Source: Octopus vulgaris
Lineage: Eukaryota
Assembly (NCBI GenBank): GCA_951406725.2
Contig: OX597828.1
Coordinates: forward strand, 24,118,001-24,182,000
Reading direction: 5' to 3'
DNA: 64,000 nucleotides
Shown: positions 39,973 to 52,843 of the stretch, one piece after another
Layout: each line of letters begins with the position of its first letter
Position numbering within the stretch: the first letter of the stretch is position 1
Made by a program: the position numbers and the translations under genes
Notes under the pieces: generated by a model
What the model was told of the DNA's origin: nothing
Databases searched by the model: none
The model's input: only the letters and a program-made list of their open reading frames with translations

Positions 39973-40037
39973 GTATGTATGTATATATACATATATATAG
40001 ATACATGTATATATATACATATATGTATATATATATA

Positions 40038-40074
<37 letters not shown>

Positions 40075-41145
40075 CATACATACTTACATACATATTACAT
40101 GGAGTCTCTCGTCGATGGAACGGGCTTCCGCAATTTCCTTCTGACCAACCGCAGAGTTGTGATTTTTTATATTGTTCAAATATTTGTATACTCATAAGCT
40201 AGCTAAATCCATCAAATTGACGTTGAATGCGCAGATGCACCGGTGTACAACGCGTCAGATGTTGTAATTCTTACTTGTGTTTTAAATAATTGCGGAACAG
40301 ACATAAATGAAAGTTAATTTCTTACGCAAAATGTTCCTCAGAAGATATTTTTAGTAAGATTTGAAATTCCCTTTTTATCAACTGTGCAATTACTTGAAAC
40401 GTTTGTTCTAAATGCATTCAAAATATCGTTATTTTAACTTCATTATACTACAGTATACGACTCTATCGCAGCACAAGTTAGCCAGTCCTGTCTCCATCCA
40501 CATGGATTCTATAATAACGATTTGGAGAGTCTTTTTCTATGGTTCGAGCTGCAAACAGTACCAATTCGAGCACCACTTATAACCTTGACTTGAAATATGT
40601 ACATACATATTAGGTTTTACGAAGAGAGACGAAAAGTAACTGACGCGGCTTCTGAGAATTTTCTACTTGGAAATCTATGTTTGTGGACAAAAAATAAGGT
40701 CGTGTGTTTTTAGTATTTTTATGAAGTGATAAATTTATATACGATACTAAATATTCATATCAGAGCAAACTCATTTGAGAATATGGATCTGCAGAAAGCA
40801 AAATAGGTTGTTATATTGAAAATTGGCGTATCGCTTATTTTCTGCTTCTTTCACTTACACCATACTTTTGACTTCCAGGTATTTTGGAAGTTGACTGACG
40901 ATGGAGATACCAATCAAATCATACATACGCATGCGTGTATAAATACCTGTTAATACACACGCTCACACGCGCGCGCATTCTTAGGTGTAATACCTATAAT
41001 TATAGTTAACGACCTTCATTTACATACACACCAACACAATTAGTGATATATATAAACTTTAATGTACACAGTATTTACAATAAGAGCTACTGTTAGTAAA
41101 GCTACTAATATATGATATAATATAATATATATGCGAGTGTGTATG

Positions 41146-41182
<37 letters not shown>

Positions 41183-41834
41183 GTGTGTGTGTATGTATGT
41201 ATGTATGTATGTAGGTATGTATATATGTATGTATGTATAGGCAAAATACAGTCAGGTATATCCATAAATATATGCTTGTGTGGTATGTGTAGAGAGTAAT
41301 ACAGAGAGATGGCGAGCTAGATAAGATAAAGAAGTTGGAAAAAAGTATAGATTGAAAGCTATCAAAACAAAATATGGGTTAATGTTCGTGAGTCTGCGTA
41401 AATAGATAAATAGATTGGCCGATATATAGAAATAGATACATGAGAGAGAAAGCGACAGAGAGAAAAAGATAGGAAATATGAAAGAAAATGGGGAAAAATG
41501 TAAATGAAAGAACGACGTGGACAGCTTGAAGTAAATCCCGGTCTTAAAGATGAATTCCAGTAGTTTAAACAGTCACTTGTAGGATGGTGACAGTTTCATC
41601 CAATTATTCCACTAATATGGTTACGTTAACATTCTCACAGATTCTTCATAATTCTTAATTCTAATGTTTACTGCAAACTCTGCAGCAGAAAAAAAAAAAT
41701 TCCAGCGGAGCAGATGACCTCGAGTTATTGCATTTGTCTCTTTCAAAGGGTAGCTTTGACTAGGGAACGGAATGTACGCGTATTATAATAAACAAATTAT
41801 TGAAGGGATTGGATTAAAAGAAACAAAAAAAACT

Positions 41835-42152
41835 AGCACTCCTGTTATAACGACGTGGATACATGTTGATCCGAGCAACGGAACTGCCTCCGCGTGAGAT
41901 TAACGGGCAAGAAACGGTACACTTCATAAACTCGCGTACTCTTGACATAGTTCTCGGGGAAAGTCAGCATGATACAGAACGTAACAAGTTTGGTCATTTG
42001 AAATACAGGTACAACTCATTCTTGCCAGTTTAGTGTGTTGGGGCAACGTGTAAAGAGAGTCTTACTCAAGGTCACAACGAGGCGCCGGGAACCAAACTTA
42101 CGATTTTACGGCCGTGAACCTTATATCCCAACCACTAAACAACACGACTTCA
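41835..42152 (-). mobile_element. SINE family C, long-tail variant, degraded
   Basis: GTTCTCGGGGA...GAAATACAGGTACAACTCATT...GTCTTACTCAAGG matches the copies at 46820 and 54692. Confidence 0.7.
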
Positions 42153-42554
42153 CATTGATTTGTTAGTGTTACGCAGGAATTGCAATATTTGTGTCAGATT
42201 CTTTAAGAATGTGACAGCCGCAACAATAATACTACCAAGAAATAAATGCCTGAAGCAGTTTGAAGATGAAGTGCTTGCATTTTATATTTCATAGGTTAAT
42301 GGAAGCTGTTCCCATCGAAAATGACTCGAAAGTCCTTGTACTCTATGGAGGATAAGGACAGGAATTAGTGTAGTTGTTAAGAGTTGGGATACAATACCTG
42401 GTAGTATTTATTTCGTATTTTTGTGCTCTGGACATTAATGTCATCCAAGTCAAATTACCGTCTTTCAATCCTTCATTCATTTATCATCATTCAACAATCC
42501 CTGAATATTGCTTCCTCACGTCTTAGAACTCATAGAGATTTCCATAGCTTATAC

Positions 42555-42800
42555 GCGTGGAGGTGCATGGCTTAGTGGTTAGGGTGTTGACCTCATGATC
42601 ATAAGATTGTGATTTCGATTCCTGAACCGGATGATTCGTAGTATTTTTTTTATCAAAACACTATATTTCACGTTGTTCCAGTCCACTCAGCTGGCCAAAA
42701 TGAGTAATCCTGCGACGGATCGGCGTCCCGTCCAGGCGGGGAATATATACGGCAAGGAAGCCGGTCCTTATGAGTCCGTATGACTCGAGTACGAACCTAC
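42555..42800 (+). mobile_element. SINE family C
   Basis: GGAGGTGCATGGCTTAGTGG (A box), TTCGATTCC (B box) and CCAGTCCACTCAGCTGG. Confidence 0.8.
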
Positions 42801-42892
42801 CTCTTTTTAAATTTATAGATAACTAGCTTAAGATGAGGGCGTGGTTGCTACTTTCTGTTGCTTCCTTTTATCGCCACATTCTCCCTCTTTGT

Positions 42893-43130
42893 TTCTCACA
42901 TATCGTGGTTCACATATCGCGGCTCACATATCGTGATTCACATTTCGCTGTTTATTATTTAAGCCTACGTCGATTCCCCTGTGATGTCGTTTTGCATTTA
43001 TGATTAAATATATGCAAATTATCAAAATAATAACAAAATATATGCAGTCCAGTACTGTTTCTACTTCGAGGATTTTCACCTATGACGGGGGTTTTGGAAG
43101 GTAACACCGACGATAGTCGAAGAATTACTG
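42893..43130. mobile_element. pogo/Tigger-type MITE remnant
   Basis: Four 14-bp TCACATATCGYG repeats and a right end CGATAGTCGAAGAATTACTG|TA, resembling a CAGTA-starting TIR with a TA target. Confidence 0.5.
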
Positions 43131-43749
43131 TATAACCAATTACTGTATAACCAAACGTATATGAACTCTGAAGAGCAGTATGGGCTCAGGTTGAGGACGA
43201 TGGCATTAGGTAGCCAAACAAAATACAATGTGCCGTTTGCCTTGCGACCTCCTGGCGTTTTTTTTTATTTAATATCAGTGGCTTCAATTACAGAACCATG
43301 CACACATGGGCATCAGCCAGTGTTCTTGCACAGAAAAACCATGTCTAGTACATGTCTACATGCCTATATAAGGAGATGCTTGGCCATCCTTATCTGTATA
43401 TTCAACTTAGCGGGAATCGAGCACAGAACGTAAAAGAAAGAATCAAGATTGGAATGGAGATGCCGACAAGGTGTTCAGTTTTTTTGTTTGTTTTACGTAA
43501 TCTTTAACATTTGTTTTAATCAAAAGATTACACACGGTCCTGGTTGTTATTTGAATAAGGAGAATACATTTTTACATAAGATGTATTAATACGCTTATCG
43601 AGGCCATTGCTTTAGTAGGCGTCTAACAATGGATTTCCTCAATAAACCATCTGAAGGTCGATCAAGACAAAAACTCTTGCAGACGTTATCAATATTTCAT
43701 AAGCACACATATCCATATACTCATATATGCATTTATGTTCGTACACACA

Positions 43750-43851
<102 letters not shown>

Positions 43852-44373
43852 ACATGAATGTATGGTAAGTTTGTATATTCTGAGTCTAAGGGTTTTGTTA
43901 ATAGTCCGGAAAATTGTAATCTTGATAGCAACAGCCCCCTCCTAGGCATTTATTCATTTAAATGAAGCAAATGATTATATCTGCTTGTGGATGCTTGTGG
44001 TACTTATCGCTGTCCAATCTGTCCACAAAACGTTATTAAACAAAACTTGTGAATGAGAGAACGATAACTACTGATGATCAACATAACAAATTAGTTGAAA
44101 CTCCTGCATGCTACAGTCACGTAGGCCTTTAAACGAATTTTACCTGATCTGTTCTTATATGTTGCCTTCTCAACACCTGAGTAAGTGTTCGTCGTGGTAG
44201 TAATAGAGTTTATTATTTATTTTTTTCAAATATGCCTCCTCCTCATTTAACTGAGCGTACGTGTTTAATTATTTATTGATGAAAACAAGAAAAAGACCAT
44301 GTCAGGGAGACATAATATAGGGGACAAAATACATCAGGGACATATGCTTGCCAAGTTCGTATCTAATCTTAAA

Positions 44374-44374
44374 T

Positions 44375-44465
<91 letters not shown>

Positions 44466-44566
44466 GCTACTACTACTACTAATAATAATAATAATAATAT
44501 TGATAATAATAATGATAATAATAATAATTGTAATGACAATAATAATAATTATTATTTTTATTATTA

Positions 44567-44621
<55 letters not shown>

Positions 44622-44876
44622 TATTATTAGGATTATTACCACAACCACTGCTACAATTACTACTAACACCACCACCACTACTAATATTGCTGCAAATACT
44701 ACTACTGCTGCTGCTGCTGCTGCTATTACTACTACTAGTACTACTACCACTGCTGCTGCTACTACTACTACTACTCTAGTACAACCACTACTACAATTAC
44801 TATTAACACCACCACCACTAATAATATTGCTGCAAATACTACTACTACTACTGCTGCTGCTGCTACGGCTGCTACA

Positions 44877-44945
<69 letters not shown>
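44374..44945. repeat. Compound trinucleotide microsatellite (CTA/ATA/TTA/CTG) with an internal duplication of about 140-bp period
   Basis: Direct reading; 44641-44724 resembles 44781-44865. Confidence 0.9.
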
Positions 44946-44947
<2 letters not shown>

Positions 44948-45169
44948 AAGTGCTTATTTTACAGGCTTTTGGAAAGCGCTCAGGTTTCTAAGAGGAAATA
45001 TTAATTATACTGATAGCAAAAAGACAAATTATATTTGTCCCACGACGTTACATCTGACGGTGATATGAAGATAAGCAATATAAAATATATCAATAATGGA
45101 CACTCTGCTGTTTAACGGCGACAAGGACATCGTTGCTTTGTCGACGACGATAAAACAGACGCTTATAAA

Positions 45170-45665
45170 GCCGATGATAATGATGCTGATACTGATGACA
45201 ACGACGACGACGATGATGATGATAACTATGGTGGTGGTGGTGGTGGTGGTGGTGGGAGGGTAGTGGTTGTGGTGGTGGGAGGGGTGGGATGATGGTGATG
45301 GCAGTGGTGGTGTTGATGGTGGTGATGATTATGAACGTGTTGTTGGTGATGGTGATGGTGATGGTGATGGCGCGCAAGATGTTGATAATGAAAATGATCA
45401 TGATGGTGGCAGCATTTGTCGCGACGACGACGATGATGATGATTATGGTGGTGGTATGGAAGTGGTGGTGGTGGTGGTGGTGGTGTTGGTGATGATAATG
45501 GTGATGATGATGGTGATGATAATGGTGATGATGATGATGATGATGAAGGCGGCGCTTGTTGCGAACACGACGAGGACAACGATGGTTGTTATTGTTGTTG
45601 TTGTGGTGGTGGTGAAAGTTGTGATGAGACTAATGATGCTGATGGTGATGACGACGACGATGATG
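45170..45665. repeat. Degenerate (GAT/GGT/GAC)n trinucleotide tract
   Basis: Direct reading. Confidence 0.9.
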
Positions 45666-45853
45666 GCAGATATATATTATTTAGCTTCACACCAGCCTGG
45701 ACTGAGCAGATACATACATTTTATCCCAAAACCAACGACTACCTTTTCTCATATACAGCACATCCAGAGCTTTAATATCCAGTGTTATCTGGTTTGTCTT
45801 TTATTCCAAGAGCATGAAGTGTGACTCCATGGAGACATGATTGCTATTTTTTC

Positions 45854-46039
45854 CAGTTCTATATTTAAGAGATGAGGAATTATGTACATTATTTACATTA
45901 TTTACATTCGACGGATATTTGCCCTCATCTTCTTTGTTGTTAACACAAAATCTAATTTCGGCTGATATACCCTCTAGCCTTCTTCAGGTGCCTTGGGGAA
46001 ATTTCGAACATGGGTTCTCATTCCTAAAGTATTTTTCGA

Positions 46040-46091
<52 letters not shown>

Positions 46092-46159
46092 GTTATTGTT
46101 CAGATCACTGCTTGGAATGGAACTTGGAATCTTGGGGTTAGTAGCCCGTGCTCTTAACT
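45854..46159 (-). mobile_element. tRNA-head, microsatellite, hammerhead SINE (left arm of the palindrome)
   Basis: Reverse complement of 46171-46410 plus a longer 3' tail. The HHR at 45991-45942 has a disrupted stem III. Confidence 0.85.
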
Positions 46160-46170
46160 ATGACGTACAT

Positions 46171-46245
46171 GGGCATATGGCTTAGTGGTTAAGAGCGCGG
46201 GCTACTAACCACAAGATTCCGAGTTCCATTGCAAGCAGTGACCTG

Positions 46246-46281
<36 letters not shown>

Positions 46282-46410
46282 AATAATAATAATAACATCG
46301 AACAATATCTTAGGAATGAGAACCCAGGTTCGAAATTTCCCACAAGACACCTGAAGAAGGCTGGAGGGTATATCAGCCGAAACGTTGTGTTAACAACAAA
46401 CAAAATGAAG
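46171..46410 (+). mobile_element. tRNA-head, microsatellite, hammerhead SINE (right arm)
   Basis: TGGCTTAGTGG A box, anticodon-arm-like GGCTACTAACC, GAGTTCCATT B-box-like segment, (AAC/AAT)n, then the HHR. Confidence 0.85.
46346..46391 (+). ncRNA. Intact minimal type I hammerhead ribozyme
   Basis: GACAC-CTGAAGA-A-GGCTG-gagggtatat-CAGCC-GAAAC-GTT-GTGTT. All core nucleotides are present, stems I and II are 5 bp each, and stem III is the palindrome AACGTT. Confidence 0.85.
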
Positions 46411-46819
46411 GGGAAAGCGAAGCACGAATGAAAAAGGAGAGAGAAGAAAAGGGCGAGTGCTATGTATCAAGTCTATAAAACAGTACATAAAGTATATAAA
46501 AAGTGTATATATGAGGTGCATTAAGTAAGCATCGTATTCCAAGTTCCTTCACTTTTCAATGAGTAGCAGATGAGCGACTGTCATTCCATGCAGCTACAAC
46601 ACAGGCTACACTTTCAGGTGTTTTGGATAAAGTTTTCAAGAAATAACCGTGAAATATTCACGGGTCTTACTAGTTAATATCATTGATACATGACTTAGTG
46701 TACTGTTACCGACGATCCACGAAGGTGAATGACCTAACCATACATACCGTTTGTACCTTTCAAACGCTGTCAGATGGAAGACAAACCTAGAAACAGGCAA
46801 ATGCATATAGATACATCAC

Positions 46820-47105
46820 AGGTACTCCGTCGGTTACGAAGACGAGTGCAATAGATGATTCTCTATACGGAAAAGCCTGCTCGTGAAATTAGCGTGTATG
46901 TGGTTTTATTCCCTAAAACCTAATTCTCAGGGAGATTCAGCGTGACACAGAATGTGACAAGGCTGGCCCACTAAAATAGAGTTAAAACTCATTTTTACCA
47001 GCTGAGTAAACTGGAGCAACGTGAAATGAAGTGTCTTGCTCAAGGACACAGCGTGTCGCCGGGAATTGAACTCACGACCTTACGATCGTGGGCCAAACAC
47101 TAAAC
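46820..47105 (-). mobile_element. SINE family C, long-tail variant
   Basis: GTACTCCGTCGGTTACG...GCCTGCTCGTGAAATTA...CTGGAGCAACGTGAAATGAAGTGTCTTGCTCAAGG. Confidence 0.8.
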
Positions 47106-47149
47106 CATATATCCAACTATCCATTTATCCATCCATACTGATATACATA

Positions 47150-47203
<54 letters not shown>

Positions 47204-47265
47204 TATACATAATACATGTATATATATATGTACATATACATAAATACATGTATATGCGTATATAC

Positions 47266-47304
<39 letters not shown>

Positions 47305-47307
47305 CAA

Positions 47308-47369
<62 letters not shown>

Positions 47370-47771
47370 AAATGTCTATGTATATATGTGTGTATGTATT
47401 TATAAATATATATACATACTAACACTTCACCTAGCAAACTATTTTATTTGCTGAACCATAGTCCAGGAAATAGATGGTAGATGTTTTTATTTTTCCTTCG
47501 CTTCGAGATTTTATCCCTAATTAGTGATTTGAACTTTAGCTGTTCCTTCTAGCGTAAGAGAATCCTATGATGGATACCTCTTAATGTGTTTAAATGTACA
47601 CTGTATTTTATATGAATAATATATAGTCTATTGACTAATTTTTGTATACGCTAGTCCACTGGTAGTAAAAAATTCTAAAATCCTTATTACACTAATATTA
47701 CTAAGTATACATATACATACAAATGTATATGTATATATACACACACATATATATATGCATGTATATATGTA

Positions 47772-47836
<65 letters not shown>

Positions 47837-47950
47837 GAATATGCGTGTATGCATATACATTAGTTGAAAGAGCTACCTCAGATGCCATGATGGTTCTAAG
47901 TTGTAGGTAGAGGAGGTGGTCAAACTCTACATAAGGAGTAGAAAGCCACC

Positions 47951-47983
<33 letters not shown>

Positions 47984-48396
47984 TGTATGTATGCATGCAT
48001 GTGTCGCTTTCTATCTGACTGTTGTCTCCTGTCCCTTTCCCCAGACATATATACATACATATGTACATACTCAATTACGTCGACTAGATGTTGCAGGAAC
48101 TGCGTCATGCGTCTGTGTGTATGCTATACTAATGACATGGTGAGTGATGGCTAAAACGGAAAAGCATATATTTTCTGACATCATACGGCTTTTCGTATGT
48201 TTCTCGTGTCATGCATTTGATGAAAAGTCGATTTTCCAGGCTGCTGTAAACACAACTAAATATCCTTGACCTTTGCACAATATGATGGATTAACTAGAAT
48301 CCAATTTATCTATCAGCTTCTTTTTTGTGATATATATAAATTCCGTCTTTCTTGCTGGATATTTTGCACAGCGCAAGCGACAGAAAGGGAGTGAGT

Positions 48397-48443
<47 letters not shown>

Positions 48444-48618
48444 GGAGAAGAGAGCGAGGAGAGATTGAATGAGAGATAAATAGATATACTAGAGAGATAT
48501 GCTACTTGACTTATTACATGTGTGAGTTAATTTGAAAATTGACTCGTGTTTACGTGACGCGGAAGCAAGTTACACAGAATACACACATGCGCGCGTACAC
48601 ATATATAAATACATATAC

Positions 48619-48655
<37 letters not shown>

Positions 48656-48832
48656 TTTAAATTTATTTCGTCACCGTATTTACTGTGGCGATATTTTGAC
48701 CATATCTCTCATGGAATTAAACGGCAGACATTTTGAACTGGCCACGATGCATACGTATGTGTACGTTCGCATATGTGAGTATTCGTATGTTGTATTTATA
48801 TATGTATGTATTTATGTTTCTCTTCCTTGTGT

Positions 48833-48891
48833 ATTCTACTGACGATGCAAATCATTTCTAAATGCAAAGTCAGAAATCCAGGATCTAGAAT
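48833..48891 (+). ncRNA. Near-canonical type I hammerhead ribozyme
   Basis: ATTCTA-CTGACGA-TG...CATTT/AAATG...CA-GAAA-TCC-a-GGA-TC-TAGAAT. Stem I is 6 bp, the core is intact, stem III is ATCC/GGAT, and the cleavage triplet is AUC. Confidence 0.8.
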
Positions 48892-49122
48892 TATCCAGTA
48901 ATGTTTTACTAGTTTCATTTTGTCTCCTTGTTTTCTCTCAGTGTTGATATATGGACAATTATGGTGGCTTAAGAGTCAGATCATGGCTGCTATTTTCAGC
49001 ATGTGGGTATCTCGTAGATACCCTAATTTATAATTTTAATAATTATTACCTTTGAAGGTTATTTTTTCCATGCTGACCATTTGATAAAATCGTTATTTTA
49101 TTTTTAAATTAACGATCTTATC

Positions 49123-49175
<53 letters not shown>

Positions 49176-49178
<3 letters not shown>

Positions 49179-49509
49179 AATATAAGAAGGGTAGACATAC
49201 CGCTTGCCAAAGATGAAAGCGAAAGTTTCAAAAACCACCAACACTATGATAAATACACACCCGAGCAAACCAATGAACACCTCAGAAAATAGACCTACAT
49301 TCAGGATAGAATTTGAAGATAGTTTACATACCCCAATATCAATTGATTTCATGCAGTGCTTGAGAAAACATGCTTTGCTATCTTCAGTTGGAGATAGTAA
49401 CATCTATTTCCGAAATATTCACTACGGCAACTCGTGTGCGTTTCGAACTTTAAACGTCCCGCTCCGTTTAAAGAGAAAAATAACAGTAAATATTACAATT
49501 TTTAGTTGA
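49176..49509 (+). pseudogene. Probable PLE reverse-transcriptase thumb/linker fragment
   Basis: ORF 49204-49509 (FRIEFEDSLHTPISIDFMQCLRKH...RNIHYGNSC...KRKI) resembles the PLE pattern F..PF..SVKTNI...FL.LI.KHF...N.VK.SYSC...NKKI and starts next to (TA)n. The similarity is distant and judged by eye. Confidence 0.4.
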
Positions 49510-49589
49510 ACGAATGGACGCCATAGTTATTCGTTTTAAAGCTTATACATTTTTATCAATCTGGTTTGCTGAAGTGATAAGTGACGGAG

Positions 49590-49790
49590 AAATAAGCAAA
49601 CCAACACACACACACACGCACACACATACACACACACACTCACACGCATGAACGACGGGCTTCTTTCAGTTTCCATCAACCAAATCCATTCACAAGTCTT
49701 TGGTCTGCCGGAGGTTATAGTAGGAGATACTTGTTCAGAGTACCGCGCAGTGGGATTGAACCCGGGACCATGTGGCTGGGAAGCAGTTTT
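49590..49790 (-). mobile_element. SINE family B
   Basis: ACGACGGGCTTCTTTCAGTTTCC...GCAGTGGGATTGAACCCGG. Confidence 0.75.
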
Positions 49791-50222
49791 AGTCGTTACC
49801 ATCGAATATCTCAGTGGATTGGAACTGTATTTTAGCGATCCTGGGAGAGCGATGTAATTAAAATTTTATCTCGTTGAGATTTGAACCCCAGAATTTATCT
49901 GTAATTAAATACCATACCACAGGGCAATTTATTCGACCTCTTACCGATTATGCTTGTTCAAAAAATAAGTATTGATTTCTGACGTAGGCGATAAGCAGAG
50001 AAGAATCGATTTTATCGATCATATCGATCCAAGTTCCTCTGTGGCATTTCGTTTTATCGATAGCAGAGATGAAAGTCCAAGTTGAAATTTGGCGTGGGTG
50101 CAAATTTAGAACATAAAGAATATATTGGAAAATATTGCAAACATTTAGTGCGGCGCCCCTCCTGATTCAGCTGCCATTCATTGCCCTTTATATAAATCAC
50201 AATATTAACAGCAAAATTAACG

Positions 50223-50274
<52 letters not shown>

Positions 50275-51049
50275 TAATAATAATAATAATGATATAAATA
50301 GTATTCTAACTCACTAATTAATAGAGCTAATAATTATACAATTATGATATTGTAAAATTTATTGCTATTCAGTTAAAATAACGTAATTATTTCATATTTT
50401 TTTCTCTTTCTTCTTTCTCTAATTTTCGCAATTAAACCAATTCTAATTACTTTGTTAATCTTGCCGCCATTGTTGATGTAGTCGTTAATTTATTTCCGTC
50501 GTTCATTTGTTTGTTTTTTGAGCTTTTGCTGGTCAAGTACTGGGGTATGCCCCGTAGCAGCGAGTTGCTGTATTCGCCATTTGTTGGTATATTTCCGGGT
50601 TCTCCCGGGGCGAACCATGGCTCAGAATCCCAGTCAATACCCATTTCAGCAAAATACCTCCTCATCTACCGTGATCATGTGGTACGTGGTCGACCGACAC
50701 AAACCGTCAATACAGCAGGATCCTAAATGAAGAGAACACGGTAAGCGGGGTCTAACTTGGAAAATCGAGCAACACGGCCGGAAAGTCTTAACTAATATTC
50801 CAAAAACATACAAGTAAATTGCAGTAAGGTTGCATAATAGTAGTGTCACACATGGAATGCAGAGTATCATATATCTTATTTGACATTGCGTTGTTATTCT
50901 TCTCTTCTATTTTGTTTTGACTTGGAACAAGTTGATCACGGCAGTAATAGAATTCAAAACGGAAAAAGCCAGAATAATGCAGCCAAGAATTTTATTAGAA
51001 GTCATAACGATTCCACCAACAGACGATCTTCTCTGTTACAATAATAATC

Positions 51050-51265
51050 CTTTCTACTATAGGCTGAAATCCTGAAATTTTGAGAGAGTGGTCGGGGCTA
51101 ATCAACGACTTCGACCCAGTTACTCAACTGGTACATATTTCAGGGACCCCGAAATAATGAAAGGCAAAGCTGACTTTAGCGGAATTTGAACTCAGAACGT
51201 AAAGATTAATGAAACACCGCTAAGAATTTTATCTGGCGGTTTAACGATACTGCCAGCAGCTGCCT
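51050..51265 (-). mobile_element. SINE family A, degraded
   Basis: GACCCCGAAA..ATGAAAGGCAAAG...GGAATTTGAACTCAGAACGT...CTGCCAGC. Confidence 0.75.
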
Positions 51266-51269
51266 TGGG

Positions 51270-51337
51270 TTAGTGGTTAAGAATGCTGGCTACTAACCCC
51301 AAGATTCCGAGTTCCATTGCAGGCAGTGGCTTGAATA

Positions 51338-51435
<98 letters not shown>

Positions 51436-51561
51436 CAACAATAATAATGATAACAACATCATCTGAAACGTTGTGGTATCAACAAAGAAGATGAGGACAC
51501 ATCCGTCCAATGCAAAGAAGGTATATAATGTACAGAATTCCTCCTCTCTAAAATATAGAAC
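51270..51561 (+). mobile_element. Third copy of the tRNA-HHR SINE, with most of the HHR deleted
   Basis: Same head and tail as 45854-46410. After the (AAT)n run the sequence jumps from AACATC to GAAACGTTGTG. Confidence 0.8.
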
Positions 51562-52110
51562 AAGAATAACATTGATTTCAGATGTTGTTACAAGGCCAGT
51601 AATTTTTGTAAAGAACAATTTAAGTTGATGTCGCCGAGCTCCCATTTCATACGGCACTCTATTATATCTACCTCGAAATTTTGGATGCCAACAAGGACCC
51701 GAGCAGAATTTGAATACAAAATATAAAAACCCAGATGAAATCTAACTAAGCACTTTGTACAATATTCTGACGTTTTTACCATCCAGCTGCATTCTTGAAA
51801 ATAATTATAAGAACATACCAAGTCTAATAGAGCTAATAACGCCCTCTAAATCATAAGATTAAATCATTCACTCAAGTGAACTGAAGTATAATTGATGCAT
51901 TTACACTAGAATCTACTCAGTATTTCCTATTATATTTCGAAAGTAGTTTTCAATAATTTTCTTTAATTCGGTGCTTTTTGAATTTATTTTCTGTTGACTT
52001 CATTATTCGTTTTCTCTGCTAAGTTTTTTTTTAACAACTTTGCACTATTAGATTTTTAGTTTACGTTTTGCATATGAAGAAGCACTGTAATTATAAACAT
52101 CCACACGAAT

Positions 52111-52183
<73 letters not shown>

Positions 52184-52798
52184 CACATAACAAAGAGGTA
52201 CACACACACACACATATATATATATGCATACAAACACGCAATACTGGATTGGCTTGGTCTTTTTCGTAGACTATTCTTCCTCATGGCGATGTTAATTTAT
52301 TCCGCTTTGTGGTCTTTTTATACAGAGAACCTACTTGCACACAAAAGTAATGTGCTGCTGGCGTTAACGTGTGCGTATATTTTTATATAAGTGCGTGTAT
52401 GTATGCTTGAGTGTGTATCTGTGTATGAGTGTGTGCGTGTATTTGTGTGTATTTGTGTGTTTGTTTGTTTGTTTGTGTGTATGATTGCGTGTGCATCAGT
52501 GTTCCTGTCCATATGTCTACAGTCTTGATATATTTAATGCCGTAAATAATGTTCCGATGGAGCAGAGCTTTCGACTTGGAACCATATTCCGAACGGAATG
52601 CAGATTGCTTTACAGAAATTGCTCGAGGCTTTAGTCCTCGTAGATAAATTCTTCTTAGAAGTTTCGTATACATCAAATCAATTCCATTGGAAACCATTCT
52701 GACACTTCAACTCCAATTACAGCATTGAATTTCCAGTGAAGCAACCACCACATGAATAATGTGAAGCATACATATATAAATAAAATAAACACACACAC

Positions 52799-52843
<45 letters not shown>

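Noticed and set aside
44299-45824. Long poly-L/I/T/H/D ORFs (also at 62879-63980)
   Set aside because: They are trinucleotide microsatellites open in several frames and on both strands, with no domain content.
46171-46245. tRNA gene call for SINE heads (also 13480-13554 and 42555-42630)
   Set aside because: A and B boxes are present, but there is no closed acceptor stem and the sequence continues into repeat bodies.
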